This document shows, piece by piece, positions 19,176 through 29,702 of a stretch of DNA of 64,000 nt (the stretch's first letter is position 1; every line of letters begins with the position of its first letter). The translations under genes and the position numbers were made by a program. Where the stretch lies: contig CP070705.1 of NCBI GenBank assembly GCA_020349965.1, positions 1,885,789 to 1,949,788 of the forward strand. Direction: 5' to 3'. Origin of the DNA: a candidate division WOR-3 bacterium. Lineage in GTDB: Bacteria; Hydrothermota; Tepidihabitantia; SM23-42. The notes below the pieces were generated by a model. That model was not told the DNA's origin, made no database searches, and worked only from the letters and a program-made list of their open reading frames with translations.

Positions 19176-20495
19176 TTGGTCCGCACGCTATTAGTTACGG
19201 CCTTTCTGTTGCTGCATTCGTTATCCGCGATGCCAAGCGCGGATCGGCAGCCCCTGGTTGAAACCAGGGGTAATGTTTTTTACTCGACCCAATACTTACT
19301 CGCCGGAATGCAGAGTGTCCGTAATCAACAGGACGTAGAACGTCTCATATTCGGAATGCTCGAAAGATATAACAACAACGGATTTCCATTTTGCCGCATC
19401 ACCCCGGACGTGATCCGTTTGGAAGATGCGCCCATGAGAATCATTCTAAATATAGATGAAGGCCCGAGGGTTATCGTCCAGGACCTGTTCTTCCAAACGA
19501 CCGGACGTACGAACTCAAACGCTGCCATTCGACTTGCTAATTACAGAGAGGGTCTTCATTTCTCCAGGAAAGAGGCCGAACGCGCAAAGAAACGACTGAT
19601 GAAGACCAAAGCATTCGAAGCCGTAAACGAACGTATCCTTGAGCGCGATGGCAGATATTATCTGATGCTTACTGCAAATGAAAAAGAGAGTGATTTTCTC
19701 ACTCTTTCCGGCTCGTTCAGCGGTACCGATGATGCGAACTTCGGCGCATCATTTTCGTCCTTCAATGTTCTGGGTACACTGCGCACATTGGATTTCGAAT
19801 ACGAATACCAGCGTCTCTTCTTGATCAGATTCCGCGAACCGGTACTCATCTCCCCCGCACAGATCGACGCCGATTTTTCCATCCTGACCTACGACAGTAC
19901 AAGGCTGATCAGCGGACGCTTGGAATTTGCAGCTCCGATCGGAATGAACATCGGCGTATCGCTTCTCTCAGGTATCGAAACCGCCAATTATTACACAAAC
20001 GACACGGCAACACATCAGAGTACCGACAATCTCCTCGGAATGGGAATCAACTTCGATTACACCCGTCCTGACTGGTCTGTACTTCAAACGGTCAAATTCG
20101 ACTACCTCTTCCGGGACAAAGACAGATGGAGAATAATGTATGATGGCGAGTTCGAACTGTTCAAGTTCGTCATCAGACCGCACTACCGACGTGTTCAGAC
20201 CGATGGCTTTGAATTCTTCGATTATTTTCGTATGGGCGGCGCCAAAGATATACGGGGCTACCTCGAAGATGAATTCATAACGACTCGTGCAATGTGGTGT
20301 AATGTCGAATATCATCGTCTGTTCATCTTTCCGCTCTTTGACATTGCACGAATCGGCGGAGAGATATTCTTTTCCTTTGGCTTTGGCATCACAGCAAAAT
20401 CCAGGTTTGCTGACGCCACACTCGTTCTGGCCTGGCCGCGAAAGGGCAAATGGTCAGACGGTAAGATCCATCTTACTTTTGCCAAAGGCTTCTGA
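19176..20495 (+). CDS. Omp85-family outer-membrane protein (POTRA-like N-terminal region plus beta-barrel with C-terminal aromatic residue)
   Basis: 439 aa. Signal peptide. POTRA-like segment ...RIILNIDEGPRVIV... Barrel ends ...LTFAKGF. Confidence 0.55.
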   Translation: MVRTLLVTAFLLLHSLSAMPSADRQPLVETRGNVFYSTQYLLAGMQSVRNQQDVERLIFGMLERYNNNGFPFCRITPDVIRLEDAPMRIILNIDEGPRVIVQDLFFQTTGRTNSNAAIRLANYREGLHFSRKEAERAKKRLMKTKAFEAVNERILERDGRYYLMLTANEKESDFLTLSGSFSGTDDANFGASFSSFNVLGTLRTLDFEYEYQRLFLIRFREPVLISPAQIDADFSILTYDSTRLISGRLEFAAPIGMNIGVSLLSGIETANYYTNDTATHQSTDNLLGMGINFDYTRPDWSVLQTVKFDYLFRDKDRWRIMYDGEFELFKFVIRPHYRRVQTDGFEFFDYFRMGGAKDIRGYLEDEFITTRAMWCNVEYHRLFIFPLFDIARIGGEIFFSFGFGITAKSRFADATLVLAWPRKGKWSDGKIHLTFAKGF

Positions 20496-20547
20496 GGATT
20501 CACAGGTAACGATACCACATCCTTCAGCGATTCGTTGAACAGCAGGC

Positions 20548-20575
20548 TTGAACAACACTTCTTTGTCGCTATAAT
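20548..20575 (+). promoter_or_regulatory. Candidate promoter TTGAAC-16-TATAAT upstream of the 20611 gene (RBS AAGGAGGA)
   Basis: Read directly from the sequence. Confidence 0.45.
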
Positions 20576-20610
20576 AACTATCTGAAGGAATTGTTACTAA
20601 GGAGGAAAGC

Positions 20611-21966
20611 ATGGTACTGCTTCTCATATTTGCCTACACTTTGCCGATCGACTCACCTTTGATGGATGACATAGAATACCTTCAGCTCAGAGGACTTGTC
20701 GACATTCCCTCCATGAAACCTTATGATACGGAATGGGTGACCGGGCAGATAGATGCACTGATCATAAATGAAATCCGCCTCAATGCCATCGACCGGACCA
20801 TCTTGTCGAGCTTCTCACCTCTACTGCTTAAGAATCCGGATTTCTCATATCTGCTTCACGTCAACGGCGCGTATGAAAGATATCCTATATTGTATTACGG
20901 GGCACTCGACGAACGGTTCGGCGGGTCAATCCTCTCTCACTTAAGCTTCTCCCACGCAATGAAAATCCGGCGCGCCAATACACTGGACACGCTCGGTCCA
21001 AAGCCCTGGAACGAATTCCAGGCTTATCTCAAGGAAGGACTCCTGAGGTTTGAACATAATAGGCTCCGCTTCGATCTTGGACGGCGTAACCTTCAATGGA
21101 ACTCTGGCGGGACCCACAGTCTTATTCTTTCAGCGGACGCCCAAGGATATGACGGATTCCTGCTCGCTCTTAAAGGCGCCTACCTCGAGTTCCACGGTAT
21201 GTTCACGATACTTGAAGCCGCGAGAGCCAAATACCTGTCGCTCCACCGTCTTGGATTGAATCTCAGAGGATTCCTGAAAATCGGATTCTCCGAAGCCGTC
21301 CTTTCCGCCGATTCACTCGAACCACTCTACTTGAATCCATTCCTTCCTTTTTATCTTGCTCAGTGGGGCACTGCCCGCGACGATAACGCCATGTGGTCAT
21401 TCGACATGCAACTTCATCTCTTTAATTCGATACTCTACGGTGAATTACTCATTGATGATTTCATGTACGAAGATGATCCCTTCCCGGACAAAATCGCTTA
21501 CCAAATTGGATTGAAATCATTACTTTGGGAATCTGTGATCGCCCACATGAATTACACGTTTGTCGACAAATGGGTCTACACGCAGCGCCTTGCACAAAAT
21601 GTTTATGAGCGGAACGGACATTGTCTCGGTTTTCCGCTGGGCAACGATGTCGATCGCCTCTCGATTTCGCTGAAGTACATCAATCGGTTCGGCATTTCCC
21701 CGCGCGTATCGTTCCTTTACACACGACAAGGTGAAGGAAGTATATACATACCGTACGAAGACGAGGGTGGATCCGTTAATCCCCCATTTCCTTCAGGCAT
21801 TGTTGAGAGAAAACTCGAACTCCGATTCGGCGTAGACTATACCTTCCGAAATCATATTCACCTGAGAATGAATATTGGTCGGAAGGACCTGTATAATGCC
21901 GACCATATCGAAGGCAATGATGTTGATGACCTTATTCTGAATTTGTCGTGTTGGTTGATTCTTTAG
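20611..21966 (+). CDS. Hypothetical outer-membrane protein. Resemblance to the Wzi capsule-assembly family is low-confidence.
   Basis: 451 aa. The N-terminal DIEYLQLRGLVD motif and amphipathic beta-strand periodicity drive the guess. Family assignment is unverified. Confidence 0.35.
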   Translation: MVLLLIFAYTLPIDSPLMDDIEYLQLRGLVDIPSMKPYDTEWVTGQIDALIINEIRLNAIDRTILSSFSPLLLKNPDFSYLLHVNGAYERYPILYYGALDERFGGSILSHLSFSHAMKIRRANTLDTLGPKPWNEFQAYLKEGLLRFEHNRLRFDLGRRNLQWNSGGTHSLILSADAQGYDGFLLALKGAYLEFHGMFTILEAARAKYLSLHRLGLNLRGFLKIGFSEAVLSADSLEPLYLNPFLPFYLAQWGTARDDNAMWSFDMQLHLFNSILYGELLIDDFMYEDDPFPDKIAYQIGLKSLLWESVIAHMNYTFVDKWVYTQRLAQNVYERNGHCLGFPLGNDVDRLSISLKYINRFGISPRVSFLYTRQGEGSIYIPYEDEGGSVNPPFPSGIVERKLELRFGVDYTFRNHIHLRMNIGRKDLYNADHIEGNDVDDLILNLSCWLIL

Positions 21967-21996
21967 GGGTTGTCGACCGAAAAATACGCGACCGTC

Positions 21997-23451
21997 TCAA
22001 TGCCGGAAGTGACGCACGTGGGTGAACACCATTGCAATATCGTGTTCATTACAAGCGTCGATAACCTCGCTGTCACGTTTTGAACCACCAGGCTGAATAA
22101 CCGCTGTCACACCACCTTTTGCCGCAGTATCGATTCCGTCACGGAAAGGAAAGAACGCATCCGAAGCCATTACAATACCTGCGCTGCGGTCAACCGACTG
22201 CTTTGATGCGAGTTCGACCGCACCGACCCTCGATGTCTGACCCGCACCGATTCCGACCGTCCTTCCCCTTATGGCAAAGACAATGGAATTCGATTTTGCC
22301 CACTTCACGACTTTCCAGGCGAATTTCAGGGCCGCAGTCTCATAATTATCTGGAGACCGCTTCGTCACGACTTCCCAATCCTTCAGATCCGCCTGATCGC
22401 GCTCCTGGACGAGTATTCCACCGAACACCGGCCGGTAGACGACTGGTTTTATCAACTGCGGGTTCAATTCTACAATACGTAGATTCTTCTTCGCACGCAA
22501 TATCTCCAGCGCTCCTTCATCATATCCCGGCGCAATGACGACCTCAAAAAAATGCTCGGTGACAAGTTTAGCCGTATCCGGCTCCATTGCCCGGTTCAGA
22601 CCGACGATTCCTCCAAAGGCCGACGTGGAGTCTGCCATGTACGCGCGCTCAAATGCCTCTGATTGTGTTTCTCCGACAGCCACGCCGCATGGCGTTTGGT
22701 GCTTTATGATTGCACAGGCGACCTCTTCAACGAATTCATTTGCTGCGCCGAAAGCGACGTCTGCATCGAGGATATTGTTGTAAGATATCTCTTTGCCACC
22801 GAGGATCTTAAACCCATCATGGAGAGATCTATCCAGATAAAACGCCGCCTTCTGATGTGGATTTTCACCGTAACGCATCGATATATATCTTTCGGCTGCG
22901 GCCGTATAATATCGTCGGGTTTCGAAATTCGGTGAGAAATAGTTTGCGATGATTGCATCATACCAGGCAATGTAGTCGAGTGCATTCCTTGCCAGTTCGA
23001 GTCTGTAGCTCTCATCCAACGTTTCCTTCCGCAGGACATCCGTGATCCCTTCGTATTGACCAGGGTCGAATACCACTGCGACCTTCTTGTAATTCTTGGC
23101 TGCGGCTCTGATGAGGGTCACCCCCCCGATATCTATGAACTCGATCATTTCATCGAGTTTCTTGTCCTGTTGTGCGAAAAAAGGATAGAGATTGCATACT
23201 ACGAGTCCAATCTCTCCGGTTTCAAGAATTTCTTTCGCGATCTTCTGGCTGAGCGTCTTTACCCGCTCGCTTTCCGAACCGCCCGTGTAGTCGGACACCT
23301 TGATCGATTCGATCCCATTTTCAACGAGTAACTTCTGGGTACCCCCGGTCGCTATGATCTCGAAATCAAAACTCTTCAATGTCTTTGAGAGCTCCACAAT
23401 TCCTTTCTTATCCGCAACTGAAATGAGAGCTTTTTTACTGATACTCTTCAT
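21997..23451 (-). CDS. purH: Bifunctional AICAR formyltransferase / IMP cyclohydrolase PurH
   Basis: 484 aa. N-terminal MGS-like ISVADKKGIVELSK...IATGGT, then an AICARFT domain. Confidence 0.85.
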   Translation of the reverse strand: MKSISKKALISVADKKGIVELSKTLKSFDFEIIATGGTQKLLVENGIESIKVSDYTGGSESERVKTLSQKIAKEILETGEIGLVVCNLYPFFAQQDKKLDEMIEFIDIGGVTLIRAAAKNYKKVAVVFDPGQYEGITDVLRKETLDESYRLELARNALDYIAWYDAIIANYFSPNFETRRYYTAAAERYISMRYGENPHQKAAFYLDRSLHDGFKILGGKEISYNNILDADVAFGAANEFVEEVACAIIKHQTPCGVAVGETQSEAFERAYMADSTSAFGGIVGLNRAMEPDTAKLVTEHFFEVVIAPGYDEGALEILRAKKNLRIVELNPQLIKPVVYRPVFGGILVQERDQADLKDWEVVTKRSPDNYETAALKFAWKVVKWAKSNSIVFAIRGRTVGIGAGQTSRVGAVELASKQSVDRSAGIVMASDAFFPFRDGIDTAAKGGVTAVIQPGGSKRDSEVIDACNEHDIAMVFTHVRHFRH

Positions 23452-23453
23452 TA

Positions 23454-24647
23454 TTATGCTCCGTATTTCTTCATCTTCAATGCATTTGCCAGAAGCAAAG
23501 GCATAATGTCCATTGATTTGATATTACCCAAAATTCCTTGAGCGCAATTTCTCTCCGTGAATCGCTTTTTTTCGGGAAAGACATAATTCGAATGGAGAAG
23601 CAAGGGGTTGGGGTGCCACGAATGCGAACGCAAGACCGTGGGCGTCGAATGGTCCGATGTAATGCAAAGAACATCTGGCTTAAGATTCACTATCGTGATG
23701 AGGTGTTTGTCGAATTCTTCAATGCACCTGACCTTTTCCACCTGGTCGCCGTCCTCGCCGGCTTTATCAGTTCCTTTTATATGTATGAAGAAGAAATTAT
23801 AGTTAACATAATTCTCTTTGAGCGTGTTTATCTCATCCGTCAACGTTTCACCGGTCCTCAACACCTCCATACCGACCAGAGATGCGAGCCCTCGGTACAT
23901 CGGATACGTGGCAATTGCCACTGCATTCAAACCGTACCGTTCTTCCATTGAGGGGAGATTAGGGTTTCGGGCATAGCCCCTGAGAAGAACATAATTTGCG
24001 CACTTCTCATCGGTCAGAACCTCGGCCGCCCTCGTTATGAACGCGTTGACGATGTCGGCAGATCTCTTCGCTCGTTCGTCCATAGCTTCAGCAAATACCG
24101 GCTTTAGATTCTCCTTCTGTGGATCGGCATCGGTCAGACTTTCTGAAAGCCCTCCGTTCTCGAATTTCACCACGAATCGATGTTCCTTGGCCGGCTTGAT
24201 GACGACCGGTATCTGTTCTATGTCTTTGATTACGGCCTGAAGCTTTCTGCATAATCTACTGCATTCCTTCGTTGAAATTCTGCCTGCGCGGCGATCGACA
24301 ATGATACCGTCTTTGATCGTGGCAAAATTCGCGCGGACTGCCAGATCATTCTCTCCCACATCCATCTCTATCCCGAGTGCCTCAAGCACGCCTCTGCCGA
24401 TTTGATGCTCGGTGGGATCATACCCGAACAGGGCAAGGTGTGAAGGTCCGCTGCCCGGCGTTATCCCATAGGACACGGGGATTGTAAGGGCAAAACTACT
24501 CTTTTTTGCGAGGCGGTCGAGATTCGGTGTTCTGGCTATCTCAAGCGCCGTCTTATCTGGAGCCGGCAGGTCTCCCAGACCATCCAAGACGATAAGGATT
24601 ATTTTTTTCTCATTCTTGTTGAGTAATTCTCGCATAATCTGTGTCAT
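23454..24647 (-). CDS. apgM: Cofactor-independent phosphoglycerate mutase, archaeal type (ApgM family)
   Basis: 397 aa. [14 protein letters not shown]...[14 protein letters not shown] signature. Confidence 0.8.
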   Translation of the reverse strand: MTQIMRELLNKNEKKIILIVLDGLGDLPAPDKTALEIARTPNLDRLAKKSSFALTIPVSYGITPGSGPSHLALFGYDPTEHQIGRGVLEALGIEMDVGENDLAVRANFATIKDGIIVDRRAGRISTKECSRLCRKLQAVIKDIEQIPVVIKPAKEHRFVVKFENGGLSESLTDADPQKENLKPVFAEAMDERAKRSADIVNAFITRAAEVLTDEKCANYVLLRGYARNPNLPSMEERYGLNAVAIATYPMYRGLASLVGMEVLRTGETLTDEINTLKENYVNYNFFFIHIKGTDKAGEDGDQVEKVRCIEEFDKHLITIVNLKPDVLCITSDHSTPTVLRSHSWHPNPLLLHSNYVFPEKKRFTERNCAQGILGNIKSMDIMPLLLANALKMKKYGA

Positions 24648-24733
24648 GCTCTCCTCTTCGACACCCCAATGATAGTCGGATTTTATGCTCAGTCAAGTGT
24701 GAACGCCTTTAAGCCGCAGCATTCTACGCGCTT

Positions 24734-25600
24734 TCAACCGAATATTCCAGCCGCGTGATACGAGGAGCGGACGAGCGGCCCACTGATAACATGCTCGATG
24801 CCGAGTCCCCGGCCGATCTTATTGAATTCGTCGAACTCATCAGGGGTGTAGAATCTTTGTACCGGAAGATGCTTCCGTGTCGGTTGCAGATACTGTCCGA
24901 TTGTGACTATCCGTACGCCGACGTTTCTCAAGTCCATCAAGGTATCAGAGATCTCGTCGATCGTTTCACCCAAACCCACCATCAGGCTGCTCTTCGTGAT
25001 GATACCTCTGTCCAATTCGGTGCACTTCCTCAGCAAAGCCAAAGATCCCTCATAACTGCACCTTCGATCACGGATATACGGTGTAAGGGTCCTCACGGTT
25101 TCGATGTTGTGGCCAACCACAAATGGCCGGGCATTCAGAACTACTCGCAAGAATTCTTCGCTGCCGCCGAAATCAGGGACGAGCGCCTCGACCTTCACCT
25201 TGGGATTTTTTTCAGTAATTCTTCTAATCGTCTCTGCATAGTGCTGGCTGCCATAATCCTCCAGGTCGTCGCGATCGACCGACGTGATGACAACGTATTT
25301 CAACCCGAGGGACCTTATGACATCTGCAACATGGTCTGGCTCCTTAGGGTCCAGGATTCCCTCTGGATCTCCAGTCTTCACGGCACAGAACCTGCACGCC
25401 CGGGTACAGACCTTGCCGAGTATCATGACGGTCGCGCTCTTCTGCTTCCAACACTCCGAAATGTTGGGGCAGCGTGCCTCCTGACAGACCGTCGAAAGGT
25501 TCTTCTCCTGGAGAATGCGGTATATGGTTTTGTATTCATCCCCGGATGGAATACTTACTTTCAGCCAATCGGGCTTTCTCAGATGACTTCTTTTAAACAT
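24734..25600 (-). CDS. lipA: Lipoyl synthase LipA
   Basis: Auxiliary-cluster motif CEEARCPNISEC. Radical-SAM motif CTRACRFC. Confidence 0.9.
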   Translation of the reverse strand: MFKRSHLRKPDWLKVSIPSGDEYKTIYRILQEKNLSTVCQEARCPNISECWKQKSATVMILGKVCTRACRFCAVKTGDPEGILDPKEPDHVADVIRSLGLKYVVITSVDRDDLEDYGSQHYAETIRRITEKNPKVKVEALVPDFGGSEEFLRVVLNARPFVVGHNIETVRTLTPYIRDRRCSYEGSLALLRKCTELDRGIITKSSLMVGLGETIDEISDTLMDLRNVGVRIVTIGQYLQPTRKHLPVQRFYTPDEFDEFNKIGRGLGIEHVISGPLVRSSYHAAGIFG

Positions 25601-26238
25601 ACTCTCTTTGTTTCTTGCCCGAATATGGAACCAAAACTGCTGACGACACTCTCTTTTATTTCATCCATGGCGATTTCTCTACCCAATATTTTTTGCATCG
25701 ACACCATCTCGACATTCTTCAATCCGCAGGGCACGATCAGGTCAAAGTAATTTAGATCCGTGTTGACGTTCAGGGCAAAGCCGTGAAAACTCACCCACTT
25801 CTTCACTGCTACGCCGATCGAGCAGATCTTACCGCTTTCGGTCCACACTCCGATCATTTTTTCCTTTGTATACGCTTCAATGCCGAAGCAGTGTAGGGTC
25901 GCGATTATCGTCCTCTCAATACCATTGATAAACGGCTTAATGCCGGCAAGACCATCACGCACATTAAAAATTGGATAGCCTACGAGTTGTCCGGGTCCAT
26001 GATAAGTAGCATCTCCCCCGCGTTCGATGTGATACAAAGCCACCCCCCTTTGATTCAATGCCTCGATGGGGAAAAGCACGTTACCCGGCTTTCCGCTCTT
26101 GCCCACTGTAATGACAGGGTTGTGCTCGACGAGGATGAGCACATTGGGCAGCTCGTCTGCTACCCGCCTCGCGTGAATGTTCTTCTGGAGTTCCCAAATT
26201 TCTTTGTAGTCTCGATTACCCAGATCCAGAATGTGCAC
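25579..26238 (-). CDS. lipB: Octanoyl-[ACP]:protein N-octanoyltransferase LipB
   Basis: 219 aa. RGGDATYHGPGQLVGY motif. Overlaps lipA. Confidence 0.85.
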   Translation of the reverse strand: MHILDLGNRDYKEIWELQKNIHARRVADELPNVLILVEHNPVITVGKSGKPGNVLFPIEALNQRGVALYHIERGGDATYHGPGQLVGYPIFNVRDGLAGIKPFINGIERTIIATLHCFGIEAYTKEKMIGVWTESGKICSIGVAVKKWVSFHGFALNVNTDLNYFDLIVPCGLKNVEMVSMQKILGREIAMDEIKESVVSSFGSIFGQETKRVCLKEVI

Positions 26239-26275
26239 GGCTTGCCTTATCGTCTTTTTCTCTTCTTAACTCTGC

Positions 26276-26719
26276 CTACGTCTTGTCGATCGTGGCGCTG
26301 ATAGGGATCGGTTTGACTGGCGGCCGGTAAGTAGGCTGCACGATGTCCTTAATCGGTATGTTGAGCTCTCGCGAGAGGATCTTGGCGATATGCTTACGGC
26401 AGCCCTTACCCTGGCAAAGTCCCATGGTTACCCGCATAATTCTCTTCAGGTCATCCATGGTTTGATATCCCTCTTTAATCTTCTGTACTATTTCTTCCTC
26501 GGTGATGTCTTCGCAGCGACAGATAATCTTCACGGAGTATTCTACTCGGAAATCAGTCAGAGTCAAGTCGGTACAACAGAGATAGGGAAACCCGGGGAAA
26601 CGGTGAAAGGAAGAATTCACAGTGATGTGGCCGTAACCCTTAGTGACGATGCGCGCTTCGTAACCGTTGATCATATAACGTTGCCTTTTGCAGATAGCGG
26701 GATTCGTGCGGAGCAACAC
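26276..26719 (-). CDS. BFD-like [2Fe-2S]-binding domain protein, first gene of the lipB-lipA operon
   Basis: C-terminal CRCEDITEEEIV...GLCQGKGC four-Cys BFD-like pattern. The N-terminal ~70 aa are of unknown fold. Confidence 0.65.
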   Translation of the reverse strand: MLLRTNPAICKRQRYMINGYEARIVTKGYGHITVNSSFHRFPGFPYLCCTDLTLTDFRVEYSVKIICRCEDITEEEIVQKIKEGYQTMDDLKRIMRVTMGLCQGKGCRKHIAKILSRELNIPIKDIVQPTYRPPVKPIPISATIDKT

Positions 26720-26727
26720 ATATGTGT
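26716..26727. promoter_or_regulatory. Perfect 12-bp palindrome ACACATATGTGT over the start codon of the BFD-like gene, in a divergent promoter region
   Basis: Read directly from the sequence. Confidence 0.3.
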
Positions 26728-26743
26728 AACAATCCTCGCTGCC

Positions 26744-26771
26744 TTGACACCGTTACGTGAATCACTACAAT
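26744..26771 (+). promoter_or_regulatory. Candidate promoter TTGACA-16-TACAAT for the TonB-dependent receptor gene (RBS AGGAGG)
   Basis: Read directly from the sequence. Confidence 0.5.
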
Positions 26772-26786
26772 CTATAGGAGGCGAAA

Positions 26787-29465
26787 ATGAATGGAATAGG
26801 TAGAACATTGTCATTAGTAGTATTTGTCTCTTTCTCACTTACACTCGCCGGTGAATATGGCAGTATTGCCGGAAGAATCGTTGATAAAGAAACAAATCGA
26901 CCCTTGGTTGGCGCACAGATAATGGTAGAAGGAACAAGCATCAAAGGCATATCCGACCAAAACGGCTATTACTTCATCCCGTATGTCCGAGCGGGCACGT
27001 ATATTGTCACGGGCAGCGTGTCACATTGTCTACCGAGCTCATACGTCGATGTGTGCATAGTCGCTGACCATACTACGTTTCTTGGAATACAAATAAGTGG
27101 CGACCCTCTTGGATGGCCAAGCGTTCAGGAGGGGACTAACACGGATGACATCAACCGAGGAGTACTCAGCGCCAGGGACATCGAATGCCTTCCTGTGACA
27201 ACACCCAGCGAATTGATCCAAACGCAATCCGGCATCGTCACGAGCAATTACGGCCTGCACTTACGCGGCAGCACGAGTGACGATATTGCATACTACGTTG
27301 ATGGCCTTGTCATGATGTGGCCGTATGTTACGGGTTGGCAACACATACCGATGCCGCTTAATGCTGTTGAGCAATTTTCCCTGCAGAGCGATGACATTGA
27401 GTCTGAATACGGCCAGAACCGCGGCGGCGTAGTGAATATCGTCACCCGCCAGGCCGGCACAAGACCCGCGGCCAAGATCCAATATTTCACTGATGAAATA
27501 TTCTCCGGTGACAAACTCAATTTTGGCAGTAACAATTACAACATATCGGCAAGTGGCCCTTTGCCGGGAAACTTCGGCTACTTTCTCTCCGGTGACCTCC
27601 TTTTCACCAACGCCTTCCAGGAATCAAAATACAGAATACTATCACCGAGAAACGATTATCACGGCTACGGCAAACTGACTTACAAAATTCCAGGCGCACG
27701 CGGACAACTGAGTGTTTCTGGCTTCCGGGCGCGTGAACAATGGGTCAGGTGGAATCCGTATATAGAGTCGGGCAATAACTTGAAGTATTTTAGCCAGCGG
27801 CCAATGACCAGAACTAAATACTGGTACGGAATGGCAGCACTTGATTACAGACTTTCATCGAGCAATCTCACTTCACTGAGATTCGGTATTACGCACTTGG
27901 ACCGGTGCTACGGAAACCGTGATTACATTCGGGAAGAGGATAGTGGTCATTCATGGTATGATGATTACCGGTTCAAGGCAGAGCACTTGATACCCTACCT
28001 CCTCGACGAAGAATGGCAGGAAGAAAATTCAGTGACTCTGCGTAATATACTCGTCGATAGCATCATGGCATATCATACAGAATGGGCAGGATATAGCGTA
28101 GAGAATTTGAGGGTTGATCCGTGGGGTATCGGCGGGCTCTTCAAATTATCTGGCGATTACCAAGTCTGGTCATACTTTCAGGCAAGAGACATGCAGATCC
28201 GTCTCGATATCAACCAGTATCTGAGCAGAAGGCACGAATTGAAAGCAGGTATTCACTATACAGGATACTCGTTGGAGCACTTCAATAATCCCGTTGCCTG
28301 GGCAAGTGATCCGCTTTGGGACCATGTGGAACGTAATCCTTATAGAATCTCCGCATATCTGCAGAACAATTTCAAGGTCTTCGGCGATATTTCGTTCAAC
28401 GTGGGTCTGCGGTTGGACGATTTCAACCCGCGCATCGAGCCGCGTATAGACACGCTGCCAGTCTATTCAGAAATCGAAGAAGTCCTTAGGATCTCACCGC
28501 GCGTCACGCTTGCCGTGCCCCTCACCAACAAACTGACGACGCGATTCAACTACAGCCACTATCTCAATCCGTTCTTCACATTTCCATATGCTGATGATCA
28601 TTTCTACGCGGAACGCACGGTAGCCTACGAGTATATGATCAATTACGCCATTACAAGAAGAATCAACATAGGCCTGGATCTCTATCATAGACGACACTAT
28701 GACTGGTCCCAGATAAAAAACGATCAATATGATTATGTACTCTATGATGACCGTGAGTACGAGGAATGTGTCCGCGTGTCGGGCGCTCTACTCGAGATGC
28801 GGGTTATGCCATGGCAGCATACACAACTCAACATATCATACAATTATCAATTTACGCGGAGGGATAGTATCGAATGGTGGTGGGGATACTACTACCCACC
28901 TCCAGTGTTGTCAGAGTTCATTCCGGCCGCCTTCGATGAAACACATCAACTGAGAATCAGGCTAGATTTTGAATTCCCGCAATACCCCACGTACAAATTG
29001 CTGAGATACACCGAAAGTTCTGTTCTTCTCAGTTATCACTCGGGCCAGCCGTACACGCCTACGGATCTGCTCGGCAATGTCATCAATAACAGGGACTATC
29101 GACGAATGCCGGATTACTGGAATGTTGACTGGAGGATCACGCGCCGTTTTCGCATCGGCAGTACACGACTGGTCCTATCCGCGCTGATATTCAACCTTTT
29201 CAATACCACACAAATAACCTATGTCTACACAACGACCGGCGATCCTGATGACCATGGCGACACCCCTCCATCAAGCGAGCCATTCGGCTACACATCGATG
29301 GCCAGTTTATATTACAGTCCGCAGGCTGATTTTGACCATGATGGACTTATAACGCCGGTCGAGGCACGCGACGCCTATTTCGGTGCACTCATGGATTTCT
29401 ACAATGATCCCACGAATTACGCCATGCCCTTCCGTGTTCGGCTCGGAATCGGAATTGAATTGTAG
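26787..29465 (+). CDS. TonB-dependent outer-membrane receptor with N-terminal carboxypeptidase-regulatory-like domain
   Basis: 892 aa. Signal peptide. CarbopepD_reg-like GSIAGRIVDKETNRPLVGAQIMV. Plug and barrel regions. Confidence 0.75.
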   Translation: MNGIGRTLSLVVFVSFSLTLAGEYGSIAGRIVDKETNRPLVGAQIMVEGTSIKGISDQNGYYFIPYVRAGTYIVTGSVSHCLPSSYVDVCIVADHTTFLGIQISGDPLGWPSVQEGTNTDDINRGVLSARDIECLPVTTPSELIQTQSGIVTSNYGLHLRGSTSDDIAYYVDGLVMMWPYVTGWQHIPMPLNAVEQFSLQSDDIESEYGQNRGGVVNIVTRQAGTRPAAKIQYFTDEIFSGDKLNFGSNNYNISASGPLPGNFGYFLSGDLLFTNAFQESKYRILSPRNDYHGYGKLTYKIPGARGQLSVSGFRAREQWVRWNPYIESGNNLKYFSQRPMTRTKYWYGMAALDYRLSSSNLTSLRFGITHLDRCYGNRDYIREEDSGHSWYDDYRFKAEHLIPYLLDEEWQEENSVTLRNILVDSIMAYHTEWAGYSVENLRVDPWGIGGLFKLSGDYQVWSYFQARDMQIRLDINQYLSRRHELKAGIHYTGYSLEHFNNPVAWASDPLWDHVERNPYRISAYLQNNFKVFGDISFNVGLRLDDFNPRIEPRIDTLPVYSEIEEVLRISPRVTLAVPLTNKLTTRFNYSHYLNPFFTFPYADDHFYAERTVAYEYMINYAITRRINIGLDLYHRRHYDWSQIKNDQYDYVLYDDREYEECVRVSGALLEMRVMPWQHTQLNISYNYQFTRRDSIEWWWGYYYPPPVLSEFIPAAFDETHQLRIRLDFEFPQYPTYKLLRYTESSVLLSYHSGQPYTPTDLLGNVINNRDYRRMPDYWNVDWRITRRFRIGSTRLVLSALIFNLFNTTQITYVYTTTGDPDDHGDTPPSSEPFGYTSMASLYYSPQADFDHDGLITPVEARDAYFGALMDFYNDPTNYAMPFRVRLGIGIEL

Positions 29466-29554
29466 GAAACCCGCCTTTACTGACACCAAATCAACCAGTT
29501 TGCCCTGGATCTGACGGAACTGCACCATCCACCAGCATCCACCAGCTCTGATAT

Positions 29555-29570
29555 TCTGGTAATTACCAGA
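29555..29570. promoter_or_regulatory. Perfect 16-bp palindrome TCTGGTAATTACCAGA in the 245-bp gap between the receptor and ferredoxin genes
   Basis: Read directly from the sequence. It lies ~105 bp upstream of the candidate -35. Confidence 0.35.
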
Positions 29571-29674
29571 GTGTCGGAATTGAGAGACAATTGAAAACCG
29601 AAGATCCATTGCGTCAGGATCAACAGAATGTAATTCCTGTGCTACGCGCACAGACATACGCCCTATCGTGCTTG

Positions 29675-29702
29675 TTGACGGCGAAGGTTTTCTATGTATG
29701 AT
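29675..29702 (+). promoter_or_regulatory. Candidate promoter TTGACG-16-TATGAT. The -10 ends 8 nt before the ATG at 29711, suggesting a leaderless or near-leaderless transcript.
   Basis: Read directly from the sequence. Confidence 0.4.
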
